From NCBI GenBank assembly GCA_029261035.1, contig JAJDCD010000004.1, forward strand, positions 4,765-68,764: a stretch of DNA of 64,000 nucleotides, read 5' to 3'. Each line of letters starts with the position of its first letter. The first letter of the stretch is position 1. The position numbers and the translations under genes are program-made. The notes beneath the pieces are model-generated. The model did not search any database. It was not told the DNA's origin and saw nothing but the letters and a program-made list of their open reading frames with translations. Positions 23,642 to 35,600 of the stretch are shown piece by piece. Source of the stretch: Candidatus Omnitrophota bacterium. GTDB taxonomy: Bacteria; Omnitrophota; Omnitrophia; Omnitrophales; JACROU01.

Positions 23642-26600
23642 CTACGCTGCTTGAGCCGTTCTGATATACCCTTGGAATTCGGTCCAGAGAGATTGCATCA
23701 ATTGGACGAATTGATCATTGAAGGTAAATACATTGTTCGCTGCACCCCTTTTAAGGGCAATTTTGATATCTGCTGCCAACTTGTCATAACCTCCTGCTAC
23801 AGCTAGTTTTGCAGCAACAGAACCAGCAAATAACTGATAGGTTGTCCACTGAGAATCTGACAATCGACTTCGGTCTACCGAAATTAACTGAGTTCCATTC
23901 AGAAATGCCGCATCTTCCAAATTACTTTTCTCAGCTAATACCACAAGATGTTTTCCGATATTTTGAGAAGAAACTTCAAGGTCAATGGATGATTTTAATG
24001 CATCCACCAATCGAGATAACTTCAAAGACTTTCCAGAAACATCTTTAAACTCACTGTTTTGTGTAATTAGTTTAATCGTACTCTTAACAGAATCATCAAC
24101 AACATGAACCAAAACAAGTCTTTGTCCAAGAGCCTGCTTATCTTTATCGGAAAACTTTAACTGATTAAGAGCATCACCAAAAGCCTCGACATTAGCTTCA
24201 GGAGAATCTAAAACCACGACTGCAATATTACCCTCATTCGAAAGCAAACTTGTTACAACTTCTTGAGGAGATGTCACCGAAGCCTGTCTTACGGTTACAC
24301 CCAACTGAGGTTGTGAGGTTCCAAAAAGAGAAGCAAAAAGACTGTCTTTATTATCCCCCAGATAACCTTCCAAACCTCTAAGCGCTTTTATAACTTCATT
24401 CTCTAAACCAAAAATCTGTTTATACATATACTCAAATTGCTTATCACTCAACTCAGGTCGTATCAGTTTACCAGCTGCATGCGTTGTTGCTTCAACAACC
24501 CCCTCCAATGTTAACCCATATGGATATTCAACAACAGCACCCAGTTTATTATTTAAAATACTAAGAATACTTTCTTCAACCCCCAAACTCTCTGCGGAAA
24601 TAACAGACTCATCTTTTTCATCAACTGGCTTAGTTCCTTCTAATAAATACCAAGGTGTTCTCGCAACTTTTTCAATAAATTCAATCAGTTCACTACGACT
24701 CATTGTTTTAGGTAAATTAAAAGAAATTAACTTATCCCCCATAACAACAGATGGTTCAAAATTTTCCCCCATTAATGGTTTAAAAGCTCCTCTGCTTAAT
24801 GTATCCACAATTCTTAACCCCAGTTTATTTGAAGTTGGAGCTATAAGAAATACAGAGCTTACGATGTCTTTCCCCTTACCATCAGAGGAATAACCAACAA
24901 AAAAATGAAGCCCTTGTTCTTTAGCAGCACCATTAACATCAGATCCAAACAATTTAAAAAAATCAGGAAATAAACCGTCCTCATAATAAGACAGCCCATA
25001 AGAATACAAATCAGTATCAAATAGATTCACTTTCTCAACGGAAACAACGCCCAAACTAGACGCTTCAACAAACTTCGTCTTAGCCAATTCTTCTGCTGGG
25101 ATTACAAAAGGAATTCCTTTTTTAGCAGCAGCTGTAGCTGCGATACGAATTGGACGTTCGGTTTGATACTGAATATCTTCATCAGAAATTATGCGGCCAT
25201 TTACGTTCTCTACTTCTTGTGTCATCATTTCACTCGTTACCTCAGCAACATCTTGAATAGAAAGAAAGGATATTCTTCGCTCTGTCTGTAAAATTTCGCT
25301 TAATTCCATTAAATTCGATATCGATTGAATATCCAGCCCAAGCTTAACATCGCTCAGACCAGCTTCATCCAGTAATTCAATAACTTTATCAATGTCTGAA
25401 TAGATTCGAACTAATTTTAATGCTATAGAAAATTCGACGTCTGAAAACTCCTCAGACAATTGTTTAATAATGCTAAGTTGAATTTTAAAAAATTCAAGAT
25501 CTCTATTTAAACTTTTAACAATACCCTTAACACCAAAATCAGGATTCGCTTCAAAAGGCTCATAACGCAAACCACCAATCAAACCTCTCATCCCGCCTGT
25601 TTTAAGTGTGTTTCCTTCCTCATCTTCTCCCACTTCTGTGCTGGTAGGCGCATCATCTGTCCCAATAACCAAAGATAAATTTCTTGATCTAGCATCGGTA
25701 AAAGCCTTATGTAGTGCTGATCTCATTACATTTTTATAATGCAGCATCCCTTCTTCAAGGCTAAGCCCTAACGAAGTTAAAACTCCACCTGCACTTGCAG
25801 TAAGAACAAGCTTTTCAACGTCATCCATCGCATCGTCACGTTTAACAACTAGAGCTTGTTTTTTTACTGTCATCTCAGCTAAAGTCCTTTTCTCTTCATT
25901 AATCTGCTCTTCTATTTGATCAACAGACTCACTGCGAGATACTGCTTCTTTTCTTTTTATTAATGTTGATAACTCTTCTCTTAATACGTTAATCCTTCTA
26001 TCAAGTGAATCAATTTCAATGACTAATGTATCTAATTCCTCATCTAAGGTCTCTCTAGATTTCTCTACATTCAACTTATCTTGAGATAAATCTCTAAGTA
26101 ACCATGGATGCACTTTCATATCATTTAAAAGAATATCTCCTATGTCCATTCTTAGAGAAGCATCAACTGTAGGTTGAGCCTCTGAGTCAATATTAAAAGT
26201 AAAACCAGCCGCATCTTCAAATAACGCATACTTTTCTTGTGTTGAAGCACCACCTAAATCACTTATATTCTCAGCCGCTAAATTCTTAGCCACTTTTTCA
26301 AATGCCTCAATCACTACCGAAACTGAAGAATAACCTAATGCCGCCAAACCTTTTCCATATTCTTCCTGCCCTGGAACAGAAGGATCATTACCACAGTAGC
26401 CACACTTCACTATACTTGAAAGAATCAAATATGCTTTATCTCGATCACCTTCTTTTAAAGCTGCCTTCGCCTCTTTAATTGCACTTTCATTAAAAATCTT
26501 TGCTTGCCCCGTCACCATCGCATTCCAACGAATAACTGCAGGACCATAAGCGGTTGCATTATTTTTTAACGAAGGATCTCCTGTGTTACGATCAATTCGG

Positions 26601-29600
26601 TAAATCGTTTGCAATGCATCATTACCACCCGTTGAAGTAAAAAAGCGAATCGGAATTCCTGCATCTCTAAAAGACTGCACTACTGCTAAAAAGTCATTAA
26701 TATTAATAGCGTTAGTTGGGATCTCGGTCATCATTCCAATCTGAACCAAATTCGCTAATTCCACATTGGATATCCCTAAATTTTCACCTACCTTAAGAAA
26801 ACGTTCGATCATTTGTTTTAAATCTGAAGGACGACGCACAATAGGAGCAAAGATACCGATTTTGTGCCTCTTGAGCATCGCAACACGAATCATTGCTTCA
26901 AGTTGCCATTCCATCGTTGGCGAATCTAAAAGAAGCTCTAAACCACGATACCCTTTCATCGCATTCAGTTCTTCTTTTACAAATAATTCGGATCCCTTAA
27001 CAGCTTTGTATTCATCCGATTTTCTATCATCCAATCGAATTTTTAAATGCTTGTCTAAAAGACCTATAATTTCTTCAATTAATACCCTGACATTTGGATC
27101 ATCTTGTGCTTCTTTTAAAATTTTCAACGATGTTAATAGAGGATCCGAGCTGTGCCCTAACCCTACTTCATACATCTGTTCTACAATGTCTTTAACTGCC
27201 AATCTTAACTGTTTATCTTGAATCTGCTGATAGCGATAAGCGACCTCAACAAAATCAGGATTTAAAGGTTCAGCAGTAGCCAGAATACCCTGGGTAATAA
27301 TCGATTGATAAAAATGTTGCCCCGAGTTATATCCGGCAATCTGTTCTTCAATAAACTGAATTAGTTTTACATTTTCTTTGCGGTTTAAAATATATTTAGA
27401 AGCCACACCTTCCTCTAGCTCTCCCTTTTCTTGGGCCACCATATTGTCATAAGCAAGTAATGCATCCGTATAAATACCAATATTTGCTAAATCAATCTCA
27501 AGTCGTTTCAACCCAACACCTTCATAACTAGGAATATTACGGGTCGCATAACTAGCCAAAGATTTTTCAGGAGAAGCCACAATAGATGCCGACCGAGTTG
27601 AACCATAAGGCGTATTTGGAATATCTCGAACAGAAAAGTCATTCCCTGCAATCTTAACTTTATGATCATAACCCAACAAAATCTTACCGCGCTCAGCATC
27701 AACGGTGATTTGCATACCCTCTTTCAACACAGTCATCAACTGATCCGAAGTTCCTGTAACCGCCACTAAACCATACTCAGAAGCAACAATCATCGTATGA
27801 GAATTTTGCCCTCCAAGGATCGCAATAACACCTTTAGCCTCTAGCATCGCACGATTCATATCGGGATCGGACTGAAAAGTCGCTAAAATTTTACCCTTAG
27901 CTTTAGCTAGCTCTGCAGGGTCTGTTTTATCCAACACCCAAGCAACTTCACCTTGAGCCGTTCCACCCGTTTTCGCAATAAAAGTAAAATCAAGAACATT
28001 ACCTTCTAATTCAGCTTTTTTAAAAGCCTGATCTGTGACAACCACTCTTTTTAATTTAATTACATCCGGGTCTTGTAAACTAATAACTGTTTCGGGACGC
28101 GCTTGAGTACTAACCACATTCCAATCATATCGATCAAACCCCCGCTCGTCTTTTAAAATTTCTCCGTCTTCTCCAACTAATTTAATTGAAGTTCCTTTAG
28201 ATTCTTCTTTGGGTCTAAAAGCCCCTTCTAAGTCAACATAACCTTGTCCATAAAAACGGTCAATTTCACTTAAGAGTTCGGCATACTGTCCTAATAGTCT
28301 TTGATCTGTAACAGAGAACTCTCTTTTTTCTTCTTCTGTCAGAGGAAGCTCTACTTTCCCCATTCGATCTTCTGTTTCTACAATCTTATACCTTCTTTCT
28401 CCTTTTTGTCTGATGATCACAGCCTGTCCGTCAAGAGATAAGATAAACTTACTTCCACTTTCGTCTCCAGACACAATTTTTTCTCCCTGACCTTCATGAA
28501 TATTTGAAGAAATGGATGGGTAACCCGTTTGTTTATCCGCAGTCATAGCAACAAAGGATAGCTTACTTAAAAACATTCTTTGAAACAATGTACTAATTTC
28601 AACAGAATCATCAAAAGTAGGCAATCCTTCTAAGAATCGATAATCAATCGCTCGATTATTAAAAAGAGATGCTTGGTTAAAAACCCACTCGGTAATGAAA
28701 TTATCAACACCGGTCTCATCCATCCTCACAACACCATTCGCATTTACTTTTTGAACCCACTCTGGAGATGTTGCTGTCACAAAAATAGATGTGTCTTGCA
28801 TTCCTGCAAAAGAAGCCTCTTCTGAATCTTCCCCTACAGCAGAAGATCGAATTGCTAGAACGAGCTTGTCTAAAGAAATTTTTAAGCGCTCAGCAAGAAT
28901 CATAAGATTTTTCTTAATTTCTTCTTCTACTTTGGGAGGAACGACAAGGTTACGAGCAGTGTAAAGAAATTTATTTGAATTTCTTTGTGTTAAGTCATGG
29001 CGTTGCTCCGAATACTCTTTTGCTTCTTCTTCCAAACGTTGAATCGTTTTCTGTGACGCTTCAATCTCAGACTGCTTTCTCGCAATTTTTAGATTATTGC
29101 CGACTATCTTAATGCTATTAACCAGAATAACCGACTCTATAAACGCTTGGTTGAACACAAAAGTATTTGTAGCTTCATCATGGTCCACCAATTCGTCTTC
29201 CGTTTCACCCCATTTAATTTGGAATAATTGCTTATCTGTGCGATTTTTAAAAAAGTCTCTAATATTTTCATACAAGGTATTATCATCTCGATAAGCCCTT
29301 AACAAATCAATAGCAAGAGGAACAACGGTTTGAACATCTTCCAAAAATAGTTCAGGACGATGATTAATATAATTTAGTATCTCTATATCTTTCTTCAACT
29401 CCGAAATCCGACTTTTAACAATAGAAACTTCGGTTTCATTACTTTTTATCTTTTCTTTAATCTCGACAACACGTTGATCTAGAGACTTTCCTAGAAAAGC
29501 AAAGTAATCCGTAATCCCATCAATCTTATGTCCCTTAGCAGGATAATAATCTTGAATATCTAAAATGACTTCCGATAGAACCCCAATCACTTCTTGAATC

Positions 29601-32600
29601 ATCTTAGATAAAGGCTGTTTTTTCTTCTTGTCATCTAATTTTCTAAAAGTAACCCTCAACGCCTGAAGCTCTTCTCTTAAAATAATAGCTTCTTCATCCC
29701 CATTTTCAACCTTATCCAAAAATTGTTCTACAGAAAGACGTGTAAATTTCTTATATTTTTTCAATAAGTTTTGAAGCTGTGTAATATTTTGAATCAAGCT
29801 ATCAGAAATCACATCTGTCGTATTGTGCTCTAATAATTGCTTAAAACCTTGAGAGCCTGTAGCAAAATTTGCCAAAGTCACTGCTCTAGGGGTATACATC
29901 AATTCCCCTGTATGTGCCGTCTTACCACCAAAATTCACCTCATCTTGACGCTCAACTTCAACGTCCCATACAATAATGCGATCTTTAAATGCAGGATCAG
30001 CAACATATTCTGTTTTAAAACTATAACGCGCTGTCGTTGTCGTCTTATCTTCTATATCTTGAAGGCTTACTTCTGTCGTATCCGCTAATTTTTTCCTCAA
30101 GTCTTCCACATCTTCTTTTGTAATCACTTCTCTACGATCTATTTTATCTTCGTGTTGATTATGAAATGCATCAAGCAACACTTCTAACTCTTCAACATTA
30201 AAATCCCTCGTTGCATAAAACCCGTATTCATTTCGAAGCATTTGGTATAAACGAGGAGCATCTAAAATACGTCCTCGATGCATAAAATCAGAGATAATCA
30301 ATAAAATATCATTTTGATTTAAGAAATACCTATCCGAGACTTCTTTTGTATCATTCAACTTCACATTTTCTTTAATATCAAATATTTCTTTTGTATCTCT
30401 AAGTCGTGTTGAATGTTGACGTGTCAAACTCTGTTGCCCGCCTATTAATAAAATCCCTAAAACTTTTCTTTCCCCAGCACCCAACTCTTCACCTTGCTCA
30501 ATATGCCCAGCAATCATTGCTAACCATGACATAGCTATTTTCTTACGCCCTGTTTCTAACAAAAAGTCTACAAACTGCTGGTTTAATAATAAGGTTTTAG
30601 TTTCAAAATCAAAGTCATAGTACATATCTTCAGTTTTTCCTACAGCAACTGTAACTCCTTCTAAAACATCCCCGTATTTCCTAATATCTTTATATTCTTC
30701 TTTACTACCCCCATAAAGTCTAAAAAAGTTTACAGCTAAAGGTATCAGTTTTTGATGCTTATCAAATGCTACTCGCCCTTCTCGAATATCTTCAAAAGAT
30801 AGAACTTGCATATCTTTCGATGGTTCAGAAATAACCATAGCTGCTTTATATCTAAATTCTTTTGCTATTTCTTCTTCTGTTTTATGTCCATCTCTCAATT
30901 GTTCTGCCCACCAACTTAAATCTCCAGTAGTCATAACTCCCGATTGACCTACAACTCGATAACCCGTTTCTGCAGCCAAAGTTCGTATGGTTAACCTAAA
31001 CTGAAATTCCTTTATTAACTCATCTTCTGTTAATGCTTGAGTAGCCCACCATGCCAAATCACCATCCGATGCATGAGCAGAAAAAGGGTTTTCTGTAATT
31101 AAATCATATTCATCTGCAAGCGCTCGTATGGTTTCAAGATCTGTAACCTTTTCTCCCAAACTGCTAGCCCTACGTTCATAATTCTGCCCATTCCAATATA
31201 ATTTTATTTCTCTTGTTCTTTTATCCGCTTGTTTTGTAAATTCAAATTTCAAAACAACATCTCCAGCTTCTTTTTCTAACGTTAAGATGATAGACTCTAT
31301 ATATATTCCCGTCCCAATAGATGTATTAGTTCCTATCACTCCTCCTCCAGGCGCTGGAAATATGTCTTTTAATTTTCCATGCAACATATTTACTAACAAG
31401 CTTACATCCCCTATAATTACCGGAACTTCCCCTTTTTCTAGACTCGCTAAACCCTCTCTTACTTTATTAATTACTTCTTCCTTTTCTCCCAAACTGGATC
31501 CTACTTGCTTCTTAGCATCTATCGCTTGTTGAGCACGATGTGCAGCATACGCTTTAGCAAACTCAGTAATCTCTTCTTGATTAAAAAGAAATCGATACTG
31601 TTTTCTCTCAATCCATTGATAAATGTTAAATGCTTCATTTGGAATAAAACCATCTTTAGGTCTAAACCATCGTGAAAAACTAAATTTATGATTTTTAATT
31701 CTTCTTTTTTGATCTTCAAGAGAAGCCTTCACATCAAGATATTGAACATTCTTAATGTCAACTTCTACAAAATGATTGTCTCTCAATAATTGAGGAGTCA
31801 TCAGAGTAATATACCCAATTCCATGTCGGACTGGATCATACATATCTAACGCAACCAATTCATTTATAACTTTGCTCGATTTTGCTTCGAGAAATGTTTG
31901 AGCTTGTAATAATCGATCCGCTTGAGGATCCCTAATACGAGCTGAGGTCACAGCTTGAGTCCCATCATAAGCAGCTGCAAGAATACGAACCAATTTTTCT
32001 AAATAAGGGCTGTCTTTCAAACGTTCCACTAAGCTTTCCGGAGCTCCCGGTATAGAAGAAAGACTAATCTCAGCTTTTCGCTTTTCAGCTTGTATTTGAA
32101 TTAACTGATTAATTAAATCTTTTTCATCAAGTCCCCTACTAGCAAGTTCTTCAAAATCAGATTCTTTAAGAGGTTCAGAAAATAAATTTTTATCCGTTAA
32201 ATAAAATCGTTCCGCTAAATACTGTACTGTTTTGGGGTTTTCAATTACCCCAAGGCTTGAAGCTTCCGAAGACGCATCTTCACCTTCCAAAGCGGCTAAA
32301 AGACTTTGCCGTTCACCTGGCTCTTCAGTAAAAATCTCGATATAACCTTTAATTTCAGCCCATTCTGTACTTGTAAATAAAAGTCTATTTGTTTCCAAAG
32401 ATGGTAAAGCATCCATCTCCACCTTTTCACCTATACGAAACAAAGGAACACCTCCAACTGCACCGGAGTAAGCAACAGCTCCATCTACTTCCATTGGTTC
32501 TTTAGGGGATAATAATGCTATTGGGTAGTCCTCTTTAGCAATACCTGCTTCTTCATAAACTGGAAGTTTTTTTATTTCTGATTTAAATTCTTTTTCTTTA

Positions 32601-35600
32601 CCTGAAAGATATTTCAAAATCAAAGCAACTTGATCTGTTAAACCATTATTTGTATCACCAAACTTTTCTACTTTATTTTCTAAATAAATTAAAGCCAATC
32701 TAAGAACAACCTCAAGCAAAATAGGTTTGTTTTTCAACCGTTTATTGAAAGCACTTAATCCTGTTATACCGGTAAGCCCTCCGGTTAATTCTAAAATACC
32801 TAAGCTAGAAGCTTCCGTTTTATATTTTTCAGGATTATCTTTAATATCAAAAGCCAAAGAAAGAACGGTTTGATCCTCTGTTGAAATAAGTACTCGATAA
32901 CCTTGCTGTTGAAATCGATCCAGAGTTCCTTGCGCCCCGCCTTTCCATTCATATTGAGCAGAAGCACGGTTTAAAACATCCGCATAAATGGAAGCACTTC
33001 CATTCTGACTCACATAAACAAGCTGAAGGTCACCTTCTCCATTAGTTTTAGGGTGAATCAAGAATAGGCCACCTTTTCCCAACACAGATTTAAGTGCAGA
33101 AGGGTCAAATAGAGGTAATGATTCTATTTCAGATTTTAAAGCTTCTTTCTTTTCTATAACTACTGTTCTAAGAGCTTCTAAATAACCCTTAATTTTATCT
33201 GAGTCAGCAATGTTATGATTATTTACAGTATAAGGACCACTCATATACGCTAACTGAGTTATAACTTCAGACAAAACAGGCTTTTCAACAAGTCTTCCTT
33301 TTAAATTTTGCAACGTTTGAATCGCTGAACTTCCACGGCGACGAACTAAGTAAGAATCTGTATCATCCGGTATAGACAAATCTAAATATGGGATAAAGAG
33401 TGCCTTTTTTTCTTGCTTTCCAGCTTCTTCAATTTGTTTATTTCTTGAAAATATTTCCCCAAACCCCTCTAACAACAGATTGATATTTGCTCGAGAATCA
33501 TCCAGACGAATAAATAACCCAGCGCCACCTTGATCTTTTCTAAGCTCTGCCAAAGCCTTATAGGAAGCCTCAGCAAATGCATCTCGAACTAAATGCGAAG
33601 GTAATCCATGAAGATAAGACTTTGCAAAACCAATGGCTGGATTTGCTTCTAATGGCTGTTTAGGAACAAAAGAAATAATAATAGGAAAATACTTCTGAGG
33701 CTGAGACAATACTTGTTGATAACTAATATGTTGATCTCCTGTACCCTGCATCACCCATTCCATTCCCATGTTAATTAAAGCATCCCTTAAAGAATAAAAA
33801 CGATCTCCTTCTAAATAAATAAAAGGAATTATTTTCCTTCCGTCTTTCTCTGTAAAAATTTTAGCTTGCGATAACAAAAGAGATAAGGCGGTATCATCAA
33901 AAATTCGCTGAACTCTTCGCTCGTATCCAGGAACACCCCCTAAAAGCTCTCTTATCACTGCTTTTTTAGAAACCTCATCATATCGTCTCTTCACAGCACC
34001 CGGATTCCCTCTCTCTTCTTCTTGCAAAGCTTCTAACTCTGTCTTCAAGATTCCTTTTCCTAATTCCACAAAAGGTTGTCTTAAATATAAATTTTCTTGC
34101 AAAATTCTAGTGATCGGATTATCTAAGTCGCTCACATCTACAAAATTGGGATCCAATCCCTGAGAACGAATATCCCGAGCTATTAATCGAGTTCCTGCGG
34201 TATAAGTCATCCCATAGAACGTCGTAAACCATTCCCCTAATTTTTCAGCCGTATATTGACGTATTAAACGTAATTTTCTTTCTGGAACTAGTGAAGATTG
34301 ATTCACCGCCTGAAGTAATGAGTGATTTTCAAAAGGTTCTGAAGGAATTTGAAACACATTATAATCTGCGCTCGAAACTTCAAAATTACCTAAAGTAACT
34401 ACCAATCTCTTATCATCTTGAAAATAATTCTTCTTCTGGGCACCCCAGTCACTTTGTCTCACTGCAACCAAGTTTGCAAATCCAGCCTGCCAAATACTTT
34501 CATTAAAATTTTGTTCGATTGCTTTCCCAAACCAAAAAGCTTCATCTGGGACAACAAGAGCTATATCTTTATACCCACCATCCAAAACATGATGTGCCAA
34601 ACGATTTCCAATGTGAGTTCCGCCTCTAACCTTTTCAATACCTGCTTTTCTAACTTCCCAATAACGCTTCGAATCCAAATCATAGTAAGAGAGAAATGTC
34701 ATCATATGGAGGTCTGCTGTCCAACGGCCACCTACATTATTAAACATAGCTCCAAAACCAGGTGCATTTTCACCCAACTCCTCTTTCAATCCAGAATTCC
34801 GAATAAATGCCGATAGACGACTTTTTTCAGGGGTATCTACGGTCTCAAAAAACATATTTCCCAGAACTGTTCCTAACACATCTTTGATGTTTTCTTGAGA
34901 GATCTCCAAACCTTTATCTTTTGCTTTCAAAGCTAATAACTCCACAAAACTACTTGTTAAAAACCAATCTTTATTAATTGTAAATAATTTTTTTTGCTCC
35001 ACACCTTCTTTGTTTACATTAATTTCATTAAGTGTATTAAAAACTAAGTTAGAAAAAGAAACACCATCCAACGCTTTCTTCTCAGCCACCTTTTTTAACA
35101 ACACTTTAAAAATAGACTCAAACACCATCATCGTTTCATCCGTAGAACCTGATTTAGAACTAGGAATCAAAGCAACCTCCTCCCAATCCGCACCTAACTG
35201 AGCCAATTGACTTTCGATAGAAACTTCAAAGTTTTTTCCTAATTCGTATTCACCAACAATAATGGATTCTTTTTCAGAAGGATCTTTAAGCTGTCCAAAC
35301 ATCGTGGCTATACCTTCAAACGGCGTATGTTGTCCACCAATGCCTGTTTTTATAATTAAACGAATTTTCTTATCTGGATCAACAGCACTCAGTTTCTTAT
35401 TTCTATTAGCAAAAAATTCTCGCATCATCTTAACTACACCGAGGAAAATTTCTTTTCCACCATTCACATAGTATCCTTCATTCCCCTCGTCACCCATTGC
35501 GTGGGACCCATCATTCACAGCACCTTCTGGCACACCATAGCCCTCTTGTTCATAGCCGCCCTGTGTGAAACGTTTCTTCAGGCCAGAATCTCCTCCTGCG

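Noticed and set aside
26766-27221. 151-aa plus-strand ORF and other plus-strand ORFs inside the giant genes (e.g. 34418..34816, 54862..55536)
   Set aside because: Embedded antisense to long, well-supported minus-strand coding sequence with recognisable enzyme domains; no independent support.
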